From Candidatus Saccharimonadota bacterium (GTDB taxonomy: Bacteria; Patescibacteriota; Saccharimonadia; Saccharimonadales; Saccharimonadaceae): 64,000 nt of DNA. Shown here one piece after another: positions 18,026 to 26,542 of the stretch; the stretch's first letter is position 1, and each line of letters opens with the position of its first letter. The notes beneath the pieces are model-generated. The model saw nothing but the letters and a program-made list of their open reading frames with translations, had not been told where the DNA came from and made no database searches. The translations under genes were made by a program, and so were the position numbers. The stretch is taken from contig JAKSSX010000001.1 in NCBI GenBank assembly GCA_024402895.1, positions 22,090 to 86,089 on the forward strand, read 5' to 3'.

Positions 18026-18298
18026 ATGCCTGAAGTCGTAAATAATATTGGAATGGTCGTATTCTTTGTTAGTATTTTTGGGATGTTTATCTTTACTAAT
18101 ATTAAACCGAGCAAAAGTGTCGCTAGATGGTTTTATCTACTATTTGGCGTATCAATTATTGCTTTGATGCCGATGATTCTTGAGGATATTGAAGAAAAAT
18201 GGCTTATCATTTGGCCAATTTTGTTTGCGGTGGTAGGCATTTTAATGTTTATATCTTTGACCGCGGCGCTTAAGGATGAGAAGAAAAAGAAGGAATAA
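18026..18298 (+). CDS. small membrane protein
   Basis: 90 aa with three hydrophobic spans. GAAGGAG Shine-Dalgarno. Confidence 0.55.
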   Translation: MPEVVNNIGMVVFFVSIFGMFIFTNIKPSKSVARWFYLLFGVSIIALMPMILEDIEEKWLIIWPILFAVVGILMFISLTAALKDEKKKKE

Positions 18299-19771
18299 CT
18301 ATTTTTTCTTTTTGCCGGAGCCTGGCAAGATTGAGTTGAGCTGACTTATAAGCTTGTGACGCGCATGTTTACTAAAGACTTTGTCGAGCCAACCTGGGTT
18401 TGGTTTTTGATTTTTAGCGGTAATAATTTCAACGATGTCGCCTTGCTTGAGTTTGGTATTTAGGCTAACCATTTTACCGTTAACGATCGCGCCAGTACAG
18501 CGTGAACCGATTTCGCTATGTAAGCGATAGGCGAAGTCTAGAGGCATTGAGCCTTGAGGTAGATCGATGATATCGCCCTTTGGCGTGTAGACGAAAATTT
18601 TGTCTGCGAATAGCGCGAGGCGAAGTTTTTTAGTGTCGACTTTTTCGCCGGAAGCGAGCTTTGTGGCGGTTTCCTGCAATTCCTTAATCCAGAGAAGATT
18701 GCTTGGGAGGCGACTAATGCGACCTTCGGTATAAGCGGATGTAAGCTTCTGTTCGTTGTAGAAGAAGGTTGCGGCGAGACCGCGCTCTGCGTAATCATGC
18801 ATCTCGCGGGTGCGAATCTGGAATTCGACAACCTGTTTGTCTTTCGTAATAACCGTCGTATGGATAGATTGGTAGCCGTTCTGCTTTGGCATGGCGATGT
18901 AATCTTTGATGCGGCCATCCATTGGCATGAAGAGGGAATGAATGAGGCCGAGAACGAGATAACAGGTCGTAACATCGTCGACGATGAAGCGGAGCGCAAT
19001 AAGATCGTAGACGCGGTCAATATTCTGATCGTATTTCGCGAGCTTTTTGTGGAGAGAATAGATGGATTTTACGCGACCATCGCAAGTGTAGTTAATGCCT
19101 TCTTTTTTAAGCAGAGCCTCGACGGAGTGTTTGGCTTTGTTGAGCTTTTTGTCTGCCATTTTGAGGCGTTCTTTGGTGAGCTTTTTGAGCTCTTCGTAGC
19201 GCTTTGGGTCAATGTAGCGGAAGCTAGTTTCTTCAATTTCGACACGGACGCGACCCATCTGGAGACGATCGGCGAGCGGTGCAAAAACTTCAAGAGATTC
19301 GCGCGCAATTTTTTGCTGTTTAACTGGGGGGAGTGCGCTGAGTGTGCGAAGATTATGGAGACGGTCGGCGAGCTTAATAATAAGAACGCGAATGTCTTGG
19401 CCGGTCGCAATGAGGAGTTTTAATAAATTGTCGCCAGTCTCTGGCAAATATTCGTCTAGGTTTTTCATGCCAGAGCGAGCTTTGCCGAGTTTTGTGACGC
19501 CGTTTACGAGGAAAGCGACATCTTTGCCGAATTGTTCTTCGACATTCTTAAGGGTGAGCTCGGTATCCTCAACAGTATCATGTAAGACGCCAGCAATAAT
19601 AGAATCTTCATCCATATTCCACTCTTCGAGAATCTTCATGACGGCGAGCGGATGAATAATGTAAGGCTCTCCGGTTTTGCGAAGCTGGCCTTCGTGTGCC
19701 TTCGTAGCAACCTCGATCGCCTGCTGAATGCGTTTTGATTTATTTTGCATTTCTTGCGTCTGGCTTTTCAT
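18299..19771 (-). CDS. relA: bifunctional (p)ppGpp synthetase/hydrolase, short RelA/SpoT homologue
   Basis: HD domain (HPLAV...HDTVEDT), synthetase domain (YQSIHT) and TGS domain (IFVYTPKGDIIDLPQGSMPLDFAY). No ACT/RIS region. Confidence 0.92.
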   Translation of the reverse strand: MKSQTQEMQNKSKRIQQAIEVATKAHEGQLRKTGEPYIIHPLAVMKILEEWNMDEDSIIAGVLHDTVEDTELTLKNVEEQFGKDVAFLVNGVTKLGKARSGMKNLDEYLPETGDNLLKLLIATGQDIRVLIIKLADRLHNLRTLSALPPVKQQKIARESLEVFAPLADRLQMGRVRVEIEETSFRYIDPKRYEELKKLTKERLKMADKKLNKAKHSVEALLKKEGINYTCDGRVKSIYSLHKKLAKYDQNIDRVYDLIALRFIVDDVTTCYLVLGLIHSLFMPMDGRIKDYIAMPKQNGYQSIHTTVITKDKQVVEFQIRTREMHDYAERGLAATFFYNEQKLTSAYTEGRISRLPSNLLWIKELQETATKLASGEKVDTKKLRLALFADKIFVYTPKGDIIDLPQGSMPLDFAYRLHSEIGSRCTGAIVNGKMVSLNTKLKQGDIVEIITAKNQKPNPGWLDKVFSKHARHKLISQLNSILPGSGKKKK

Positions 19772-19833
19772 AGCTTAATTATATCACTCGTGGTAATATA
19801 GATAGAAAGTGCTAATGCTTAAAAAGGGAGAAA

Positions 19834-20655
19834 ATGAGCTCAAAAATTCGTGACGCCATATCAGTATGTAATGCTGGTGCCGGTTTTGTATATTCGGCGG
19901 CTGCGTTCTTCTATTTTGGTATCTATGCGTCGTCAATGGCGACAATGCAAAAACTTATTAATAAAGCCAGCTATATGAAGAAGTATTACGAGGAGAGCAT
20001 GTCAGAATTGACTGGTATGTCGGTTCTATATGGCATTCTTCTAGTTGCGTCTATATGTGCTGCCGTTTTCGGTGTAATTCATGCCTGCAATTATATTAGC
20101 GGCAGAAAACGCAAGTCCGCATCTGGTTTTACTTCATCGATTTTAGTAATTATCTTGAGTGCTTTTTGGGCATTCGCGTTCTTCGCTGGATTGGCTGGCG
20201 ATTCTGGTAGCGGTAGTTCCGTATTAAGCGTGGCAAATATGCTCTCGGTGGGTTGGGTTGTAATCGTTATGGGTATTATGTGTGTCATAAGCCTAGGCAT
20301 AGGTGTTACTGGCCTAATCTTCAATATTCAAGGAAATAAGGGTGAGTCTGCTTCTGATTATTACACTACCGCCCCAATGCCTGGTATCGTTTCGGCCCCT
20401 GTCGCTCAGCCTGCGGCTCCTGTAGCTCCAGTGGCACCAGCTCCGGCTCCTATGGCGCCTGCGGCACCGGTTGCTCCAGCTCCAGCTCCTATGGCACCAG
20501 TAACTCCTCAGCCTGTTGCGCAGCCAATGCCAATGCAACAGCCAGTTATGCAACAAGCTCCTGTGGCCCCTGTTGCTCCAGCAGCTCCGGCTGAACCGCA
20601 GCCTGTGCTCCAGCAGCAGCCTGTTCCGCCACAGAATAATACGCCATTGTTCTAG
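19834..20655 (+). CDS. multi-pass membrane protein with Pro/Ala/Val-rich tail
   Basis: About five hydrophobic spans, followed by (APVAPAPAPMAP)n and a Q-rich end. GGGAG Shine-Dalgarno. Confidence 0.65.
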   Translation: MSSKIRDAISVCNAGAGFVYSAAAFFYFGIYASSMATMQKLINKASYMKKYYEESMSELTGMSVLYGILLVASICAAVFGVIHACNYISGRKRKSASGFTSSILVIILSAFWAFAFFAGLAGDSGSGSSVLSVANMLSVGWVVIVMGIMCVISLGIGVTGLIFNIQGNKGESASDYYTTAPMPGIVSAPVAQPAAPVAPVAPAPAPMAPAAPVAPAPAPMAPVTPQPVAQPMPMQQPVMQQAPVAPVAPAAPAEPQPVLQQQPVPPQNNTPLF

Positions 20656-20664
20656 GATAAAAAT

Positions 20665-20694
20665 AAGCTCGAGAGTGAAATCTCGAGCTTTTTG
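20665..20694. terminator. bidirectional terminator
   Basis: AAGCTCGAGA gtgaaa TCTCGAGCTT followed by TTT, between convergent genes. Confidence 0.8.
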
Positions 20695-20696
20695 AT

Positions 20697-21170
20697 TTAG
20701 AGTGTAAAGTCGATTCGTTTGCCGGAAGCTTTGTATTCTTCGCATTTTACGCCGCAGCGATCGAGCATGAGCTTTGAAGCTTTTGTGTTGTCCGCATTGG
20801 CGTACTTGTTGTCGCCGTAAACGACGCGTTTGATGCCGGATTGGATGACGGCCTTCGCGCATTCATTGCAAGGGAAAAGAGAAACGTAGAGTGTGCAATC
20901 GTCGAGTTTTGCGACGCTGTTTAGGATCGCATTGAGCTCTGCATGACAGACGTAGGCATATTTGGTATCAAGGAAATCGCCCTCACGACCCCATGGCATA
21001 TCTTCGTCTTTGACGCCGCTTGGCATGCCATTGTAGCCGGTTGCAACGATTTTATGATCACTGTTGACGATGCAGGCGCCAACCTGAGTATTAGGATCTT
21101 TACTGCGCTGCGCAGATAGCAATGCAACGCCCATAAAGTATTCATCCCACCTGATATAATCTTCACGCAT
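20697..21170 (-). CDS. comEB: dCMP deaminase (ComEB-type)
   Basis: Zinc motifs HAELNAI and PCNECAK. Confidence 0.9.
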   Translation of the reverse strand: MREDYIRWDEYFMGVALLSAQRSKDPNTQVGACIVNSDHKIVATGYNGMPSGVKDEDMPWGREGDFLDTKYAYVCHAELNAILNSVAKLDDCTLYVSLFPCNECAKAVIQSGIKRVVYGDNKYANADNTKASKLMLDRCGVKCEEYKASGKRIDFTL

Positions 21171-21205
21171 TTTTTACACTCCCTTTATTAGGGATAGTAT
21201 AGCAT

Positions 21206-21236
21206 GAAAAATCCCCGCTCGGTATCTTGAGCGGGG
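21206..21236 (-). terminator. intrinsic terminator (minus strand)
   Basis: CCCCGCTC ... GAGCGGGG, with the T-run on the minus strand. Confidence 0.7.
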
Positions 21237-21256
21237 GAGGGGGCTTATTGTCTATA

Positions 21257-21508
21257 TTAAAGCTCTTCTACGAATAAGCAGTTGTCGCTTATGTAGACGT
21301 CAGCGTCGTTGATACGCTGCTTGACGGCATTAATGAGCGCGTTGAGGTAAATCTTACGCTGCTCTTCGTTTTTGGGCATATCATGTTCGAATCTAGACAA
21401 TTCGATATAATGAATACGCTCTTCAACTTCCATAGCGATAGCTTCTGTAAAAGTGTCGGCCAATAAGTCTATAGAACTTGTATACTCCTCATTAAGCACA
21501 TTTCTCAC
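21257..21508 (-). CDS. hypothetical acidic helical protein (about 80 aa)
   Basis: AAGGAGG Shine-Dalgarno. GTG start, at 21508 or more likely the in-frame GTG at 21499. Has its own terminator. Confidence 0.5.
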   Translation of the reverse strand: MRNVLNEEYTSSIDLLADTFTEAIAMEVEERIHYIELSRFEHDMPKNEEQRKIYLNALINAVKQRINDADVYISDNCLFVEEL

Positions 21509-21594
21509 CTCCTTGCTCCGAAGTAGTATATCTTTTAATTATATCAGATTTGGCGTAAAAAGTCAATCTATGGTGGCTGTGCTACAATAAAAAT

Positions 21595-22386
21595 ATGAAG
21601 ATCGTCTCTTGGAATGTGAATGGAATTAGGGCAGTTCTCGGTAAGGGCGCCTTGCAGGGTTTTATTGAGAAATATCAGCCTGATGTTTTGTGTTTGCAGG
21701 AGACGAAGGCTAAACAGGGGCAGGCCGAGGTAGATTTTGCTGAATATGAAGAGATTTGGAATTCGGCCGAGCGTGCTGGTTATTCCGGCACGGCGATTTT
21801 TACAAAAAAGAAGCCGCTAAGCGTGCGTTTTGGCTTTTTGCCAGAGCAGGACGGTTTGGATGGCTGGCAGGATGAATTTGGCGATGCTCGTACAGAAGGC
21901 CGTGTTTTGACGGCCGAATTCGAGGATTTTTATCTCGTGAATGTCTATGTTCCGAACGAAAAAGACGATTTGGGTCGCTTGAAATATCGCGAGAAGACTT
22001 GGGATGTGGCACTTTTGAGCTATATGAAAGAGTTGGATAAGACGAAGCCTGTTGTGGTTTGCGGTGATTTTAACGTGGCGCACGAAGAGATCGATTTGGC
22101 GCGTCCAGCGCAGAATGAAGGTCATGCTGGATTCACGAAATCTGGCCGCCAGGGCATGACGAATTTTTTGAGTAATGGCTTTATTGATACGTGGCGCGAG
22201 GCTCATCCAAACGAGCAAAAATATAGTTGGTGGTCTTATCGTGGTGGCGCAAGGCAGAGAAATGTAGGCTGGAGAATTGATTACTTTTTGGCTAGCGAAC
22301 GCCTACGCGAACAGATTAAAAGTGCTGAAATTTACGACGAAGTAATGGGTTCCGATCACTGCCCAGTAATGTTGGAGGTAGCATGA
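21595..22386 (+). CDS. xth: exodeoxyribonuclease III
   Basis: MKIVSWNVNGIRA, LCLQETK, GDFNVA and SDHCPV motifs. Confidence 0.95.
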   Translation: MKIVSWNVNGIRAVLGKGALQGFIEKYQPDVLCLQETKAKQGQAEVDFAEYEEIWNSAERAGYSGTAIFTKKKPLSVRFGFLPEQDGLDGWQDEFGDARTEGRVLTAEFEDFYLVNVYVPNEKDDLGRLKYREKTWDVALLSYMKELDKTKPVVVCGDFNVAHEEIDLARPAQNEGHAGFTKSGRQGMTNFLSNGFIDTWREAHPNEQKYSWWSYRGGARQRNVGWRIDYFLASERLREQIKSAEIYDEVMGSDHCPVMLEVA

Positions 22387-23183
22387 ACGATAACTTAGAT
22401 TATTGGCATCGCCAGAGTTCAAAAAAGTTATTCAATGACATTGATTTGATGGCGCCGGAGCAGCGTCGCTTTGCGGGGAAGTTGCTAATTATTGGCGGTA
22501 ATAAAGGTATGTTCTTTGCCGTTGCTAGTACGTTGGAAGCGGCGAAACGCTTTGGCGTGGGTGAGGTTCGTGCTTTGATGCCAGATGCGCTTAAGAATCA
22601 GGTTCCTACTACGCCAGAATTATATTTTGCAGAGGCGGAGGCTTCTGGTGCGTTTGGTAGATCTGCGCTTCAGGAAATGTTGCGCCAGGCCGAGTGGTCC
22701 GATGCGGTTTTATTGGTTGGCGACAGTGGCAAGAATGCTGAAACTACCCTTGTTTTTGCAGAATTTATGGAGAAATGTCAGAAGCCAGTATTCGTAACGC
22801 GCGATGCGGTTGAAGCAGTAACTCCTTCGGCGATTGATTGGGCGATGCGCGAGTATGAGACGGGTTTGCTTTTGACGATGCCGCAGCTCCAGAAGCTGCT
22901 GCGCACGATGTATTATCCGAAAGTCATTACGCTTTCAATGCCAACGAATCAGCTCGTCGAGGCGCTCCATAAGTTTACTTTGAGCTATCCGGTTTCGATT
23001 ACAACTTATCATAACGATTTGATTATTACCGCTCAGAACGGGGAAGTTGTGACGCAGAGTATTACCGAGACGAAGTGGACTCCGATTTCGCTTTGGGGTG
23101 GCACTTTGTTTGCGCAGGTGATTATTGCGCGTCTTTGGAATGCAGAAAAAGACTTTTATAAAGTGCTTGCTAGCTCTCTATAG
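22383..23183 (+). CDS. YjeF_C / NAD(P)HX-dehydratase-like protein with degenerate active-site motifs
   Basis: GKLLIIGGNKGMFFAVASTLEAAKRFGVGEV aligns by eye to the VLVIGGS..GA..LA..AALR.GAGLV pattern. The DADAL, TPH.GE and GSGD positions read TRDAV, TMPQLQ and WGGT. Confidence 0.5.
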   Translation: MNDNLDYWHRQSSKKLFNDIDLMAPEQRRFAGKLLIIGGNKGMFFAVASTLEAAKRFGVGEVRALMPDALKNQVPTTPELYFAEAEASGAFGRSALQEMLRQAEWSDAVLLVGDSGKNAETTLVFAEFMEKCQKPVFVTRDAVEAVTPSAIDWAMREYETGLLLTMPQLQKLLRTMYYPKVITLSMPTNQLVEALHKFTLSYPVSITTYHNDLIITAQNGEVVTQSITETKWTPISLWGGTLFAQVIIARLWNAEKDFYKVLASSL

Positions 23184-23228
23184 GGTTAATCTGTGATATA
23201 ATTATTGGGAAAGCTTTGGAGGTTTTTT

Positions 23229-25874
23229 ATGTGCGGAATTGCAGGGTGTTTTGCCTTTGACAATACGAAAGAAATTTTGACAAAAATGAGTGATGCGATG
23301 ACGCATCGCGGCCCCGATGGCTCTGGTGAAACCAGTTATTCGGAAAATGGTATAAAAATCGGATTAGCTCATCGCCGTTTGGCGATTATTGACCGTGCCG
23401 CTGGTAAGCAGCCAATGAAGTCGGTTAATAATCCTAAATACGAGATCGTTTACAATGGTGAAGTTTACAACTATGTTGAGCTTCGCGAAGAGCTTCTCAA
23501 AGAAAATCCAAAATTAAAGTTCAGCACCAACTCTGATACCGAGGTCGTGCTTGAGGCTTATATTCAGTGGGGCAGCAAAGCCTTTGATAAGTTCAACGGT
23601 ATGTTTGGCTTGGCTATTTTGAACCGCGAAAAAGACGAAGTTGTGCTAGCGCGTGACCACTTCGGTATTAAGCCAGTTTATTATTACGAAAAAGATGGTA
23701 AAGTTCTTTTTGCCTCTGAAATTAAGACTATGCTAGCCTCCGGCGTTGTCGAGACAGAGCCAAACGATAAGATTGTTTACCGCTATCTTAAATTCCGCGT
23801 TCAAGATGATACGAACGAGACTTTCTTTGCGAATATTTATCGCCTTATGCCTGGCGAAATGATGACCATTAATAAGAATGGCTCAAAGCGCAAAATGTAT
23901 ACTAAATTGCGTGAAGAATTGGTTGAACTCGCGAAGAATCCTAAAAAATATAGTCCTGAAGTTGCTGCGGAATATGGCGAGCGTCTTGATAAGGCAGTTC
24001 GCATGCGCTTGGTTGGTGAGGTTCCAGTCGGTACATCTCTATCTGGCGGTCTAGATTCTTCATCTGTCGCTGCTTTGATTGCGAAGAATCTCGAAAAAGA
24101 TGCTAGCGACAAGGATTTGGAATCTGTTGGTTCACGCCAGAATACTTTCTCGGCGGTCTTCCCAAATCTCAGTAATGACGAGGAAGAATATGTTGATGCT
24201 TTGATTAATAAGTATCCAAATAAGATCAAATCCCATAAGATTAAGCCAACCCCAGAAGACTTCTTGAAGGATTTGCAAGATTTCGTCCGCACTCAGGAAG
24301 AGCCGATTATTAGTACTGGCCCATACGCTCAGTATGCAGTTATGCGTGAAGCTTCAAAGCATGTTACCGTCTTGCTCGATGGCCAGGGCGCTGACGAAAT
24401 GATGGCTGGTTATAATCCTTACTATTATGTCTATCTAAATCAGCTAAAGAGTCGCAAGCAATACGGCGCTTTGATGGCTGAAACCACCAAATCTAGCGAT
24501 ATCGTAAAGAAGATTTTGCGTGGCAAGAGGCAGAAAGTTAAGCCAGTTACTAACTTGATGCAACCAGAGTTTGCAGAAAAGTATAGCGACGAAAAGATGG
24601 TTGTTATCAATAATAATCTCAAGATGCGTTTGCTAGATGACATCTTCAAACACAGCTTGCCGTCATTATTGCGCTATGAAGATCGTAATACGATGCGCTT
24701 CAGTCTTGAAGGTCGCGTCCCGTTCATTGATAAGGAGCTCTTGAAATACTTATTCAGCCTCGATGATGACGCAATCATTCACGGCGGTTGGAATAAGAAT
24801 ATTCTTCGCGACTCTATGAAGGGCATCTTGCCGGAGAAGATTCGTGCTCGCCGCAATAAGATTGGCTTTACGACTCCTGAGGGTGAATGGTTTAAGACGA
24901 TCCATAAAGATCTAGAAAAAATCTTGGCATCTGATGAATTTGCTCATCGTAAGTACTTTAATCAGCTAGAAGTATTGCGCGAGTTCAAGCTCGACGAGAA
25001 GGGTAAAGGCAGCTACGGCTCCATGGCCTTCTGGCGCATTATTAACGTTGAATTGTGGCTCCGTGAGTTCTTCGATGAAAAACCAGACGAGAATGCGCCA
25101 AAGCCAGAAGAATTGGGTTATGCGCCTAATGACGGCAAGAAAGCCGAGATCAAATCCGACGTTAATAATAAGGTCTATACGCGCTATATGCTCAGAACTG
25201 AGCTTGTAACGCCAGAAACGGTCCTTGACGATTATATTAATCGTTACGTCGGCGCCTTTGCAAAGACTATGAATAAAGAGGTCGGCAAGCGTAAATGGCA
25301 ACTTTACATTAGTGAAAAGATTATTGCAACCATGCAGGGTCGCTCATACTTCCTATGGGACGTTGACGCTCGCTGGTCGGCACGTGTTTTGAGTCGTTTT
25401 GTTCATCGCACTCCAGCAGGTATTGGTCTTGGTAATCCAGCAACGATGGAGCTCGCTCTTCGCGAGGCCGGTACTCCAAGAATCCTTCTTGCTACCGTAG
25501 CTAGCGCAGCTGGTAAGGCAGTCGGTAAGCGCGGTGTATTCTATAACGTCGCTGGCGCAAACGTTCGCGCAATTGATGGCCCAACTTCATATTCGGCATA
25601 TCCAGCAAACGTTTCTGCGAAGTTGCCACCAAAGGATCCAGATGTCGTTGCAGAACATATCGCAGTCTTGATTCGCGAGAATGAGAAGATTGCAAAGAGC
25701 CTACGCGACAACTTTGAAGGTGTTGTAGTGATCGATTCTAACGATATTGGCCGCAACATTTTAGGTAAGGCTTGCTCTGATGAAGATGCACTACTTGCTT
25801 CGAAGTTTGCAGATAACCCATTCGGTCAGGCAAGACAGCTTACGCCAATGGCAATCGTAGTCGAGAATGACTAA
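23229..25874 (+). CDS. asnB: asparagine synthase (glutamine-hydrolysing) fused to a C-terminal CofE-like (gamma-glutamyl ligase-like) domain
   Basis: MCGIAG Ntn nucleophile, SLSGGLDSS PP-loop, GGAGG Shine-Dalgarno. An extra 234 aa at the C-terminus (nt 25170-25871). Confidence 0.88.
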   Translation: MCGIAGCFAFDNTKEILTKMSDAMTHRGPDGSGETSYSENGIKIGLAHRRLAIIDRAAGKQPMKSVNNPKYEIVYNGEVYNYVELREELLKENPKLKFSTNSDTEVVLEAYIQWGSKAFDKFNGMFGLAILNREKDEVVLARDHFGIKPVYYYEKDGKVLFASEIKTMLASGVVETEPNDKIVYRYLKFRVQDDTNETFFANIYRLMPGEMMTINKNGSKRKMYTKLREELVELAKNPKKYSPEVAAEYGERLDKAVRMRLVGEVPVGTSLSGGLDSSSVAALIAKNLEKDASDKDLESVGSRQNTFSAVFPNLSNDEEEYVDALINKYPNKIKSHKIKPTPEDFLKDLQDFVRTQEEPIISTGPYAQYAVMREASKHVTVLLDGQGADEMMAGYNPYYYVYLNQLKSRKQYGALMAETTKSSDIVKKILRGKRQKVKPVTNLMQPEFAEKYSDEKMVVINNNLKMRLLDDIFKHSLPSLLRYEDRNTMRFSLEGRVPFIDKELLKYLFSLDDDAIIHGGWNKNILRDSMKGILPEKIRARRNKIGFTTPEGEWFKTIHKDLEKILASDEFAHRKYFNQLEVLREFKLDEKGKGSYGSMAFWRIINVELWLREFFDEKPDENAPKPEELGYAPNDGKKAEIKSDVNNKVYTRYMLRTELVTPETVLDDYINRYVGAFAKTMNKEVGKRKWQLYISEKIIATMQGRSYFLWDVDARWSARVLSRFVHRTPAGIGLGNPATMELALREAGTPRILLATVASAAGKAVGKRGVFYNVAGANVRAIDGPTSYSAYPANVSAKLPPKDPDVVAEHIAVLIRENEKIAKSLRDNFEGVVVIDSNDIGRNILGKACSDEDALLASKFADNPFGQARQLTPMAIVVEND

Positions 25875-25875
25875 T

Positions 25876-25903
25876 AAAAAATACCCCGTGAGGGGTATTT
25901 TTT
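25876..25903. terminator. bidirectional terminator
   Basis: ATACCCC gtga GGGGTAT, flanked by A-runs and T-runs. Confidence 0.85.
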
Positions 25904-25916
25904 GATGGCTGAAAGA

Positions 25917-26528
25917 TTATTTTTTAGCTGACCACTCAATAGCACTACGGCAAGCTTTACAGTTGCCTACGGTACCCGTAATATGATTTGCTTTACCGCA
26001 GCTAGGGCATTTAACTACGTGAGGAGTTGCTTGATCGGAAGGGTCTGCTTCGCGGCCATCTTTGCGCATAACTGGAGTTCTTTTTGGCTCAGTGCCGCTT
26101 GTGGCACGAGCAGAATTGCCCATAGAAGCCATTCTAATGGCCTGTGAGACGAAGTTAGCGACTTTGCTAAGTATTTGACTAGCTATAAGCATAATGATGC
26201 TAAAAATGGCTGTCCAGCGGCCAAAATCGGTAAGCTTAGCGAATAGCGGATGTGTGCGGAAGTCGATAAATGGTTGGAAAACAGGAATAGATTCACCGAA
26301 ATTCTGCTGAAGAAGCTCGTAGCCGCGTGGCGCTAAGCAGAGAAGAGCGACAATAAGAATAAAGAATGGTACGCGGTAGTAGCGGTGGCTGCCATAAATG
26401 AAAAGGCGTGCAATAGTTAGCATGACGCCGAGAGGTGGCACGAAATAAAGAGTAATAATGATGACCGGTAAGCTACAGATTAGCTTAGGAATGGACGGCA
26501 ATCTAAAACTAAAATTTTGAATATTCAT
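25917..26528 (-). CDS. membrane protein with C-terminal zinc-ribbon
   Basis: Four or five TM spans, then CPSCGK...NCKACRS. Starts 14 nt after the sortase stop. Confidence 0.6.
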   Translation of the reverse strand: MNIQNFSFRLPSIPKLICSLPVIIITLYFVPPLGVMLTIARLFIYGSHRYYRVPFFILIVALLCLAPRGYELLQQNFGESIPVFQPFIDFRTHPLFAKLTDFGRWTAIFSIIMLIASQILSKVANFVSQAIRMASMGNSARATSGTEPKRTPVMRKDGREADPSDQATPHVVKCPSCGKANHITGTVGNCKACRSAIEWSAKK

Positions 26529-26542
26529 AAGCTTATTTTAGC

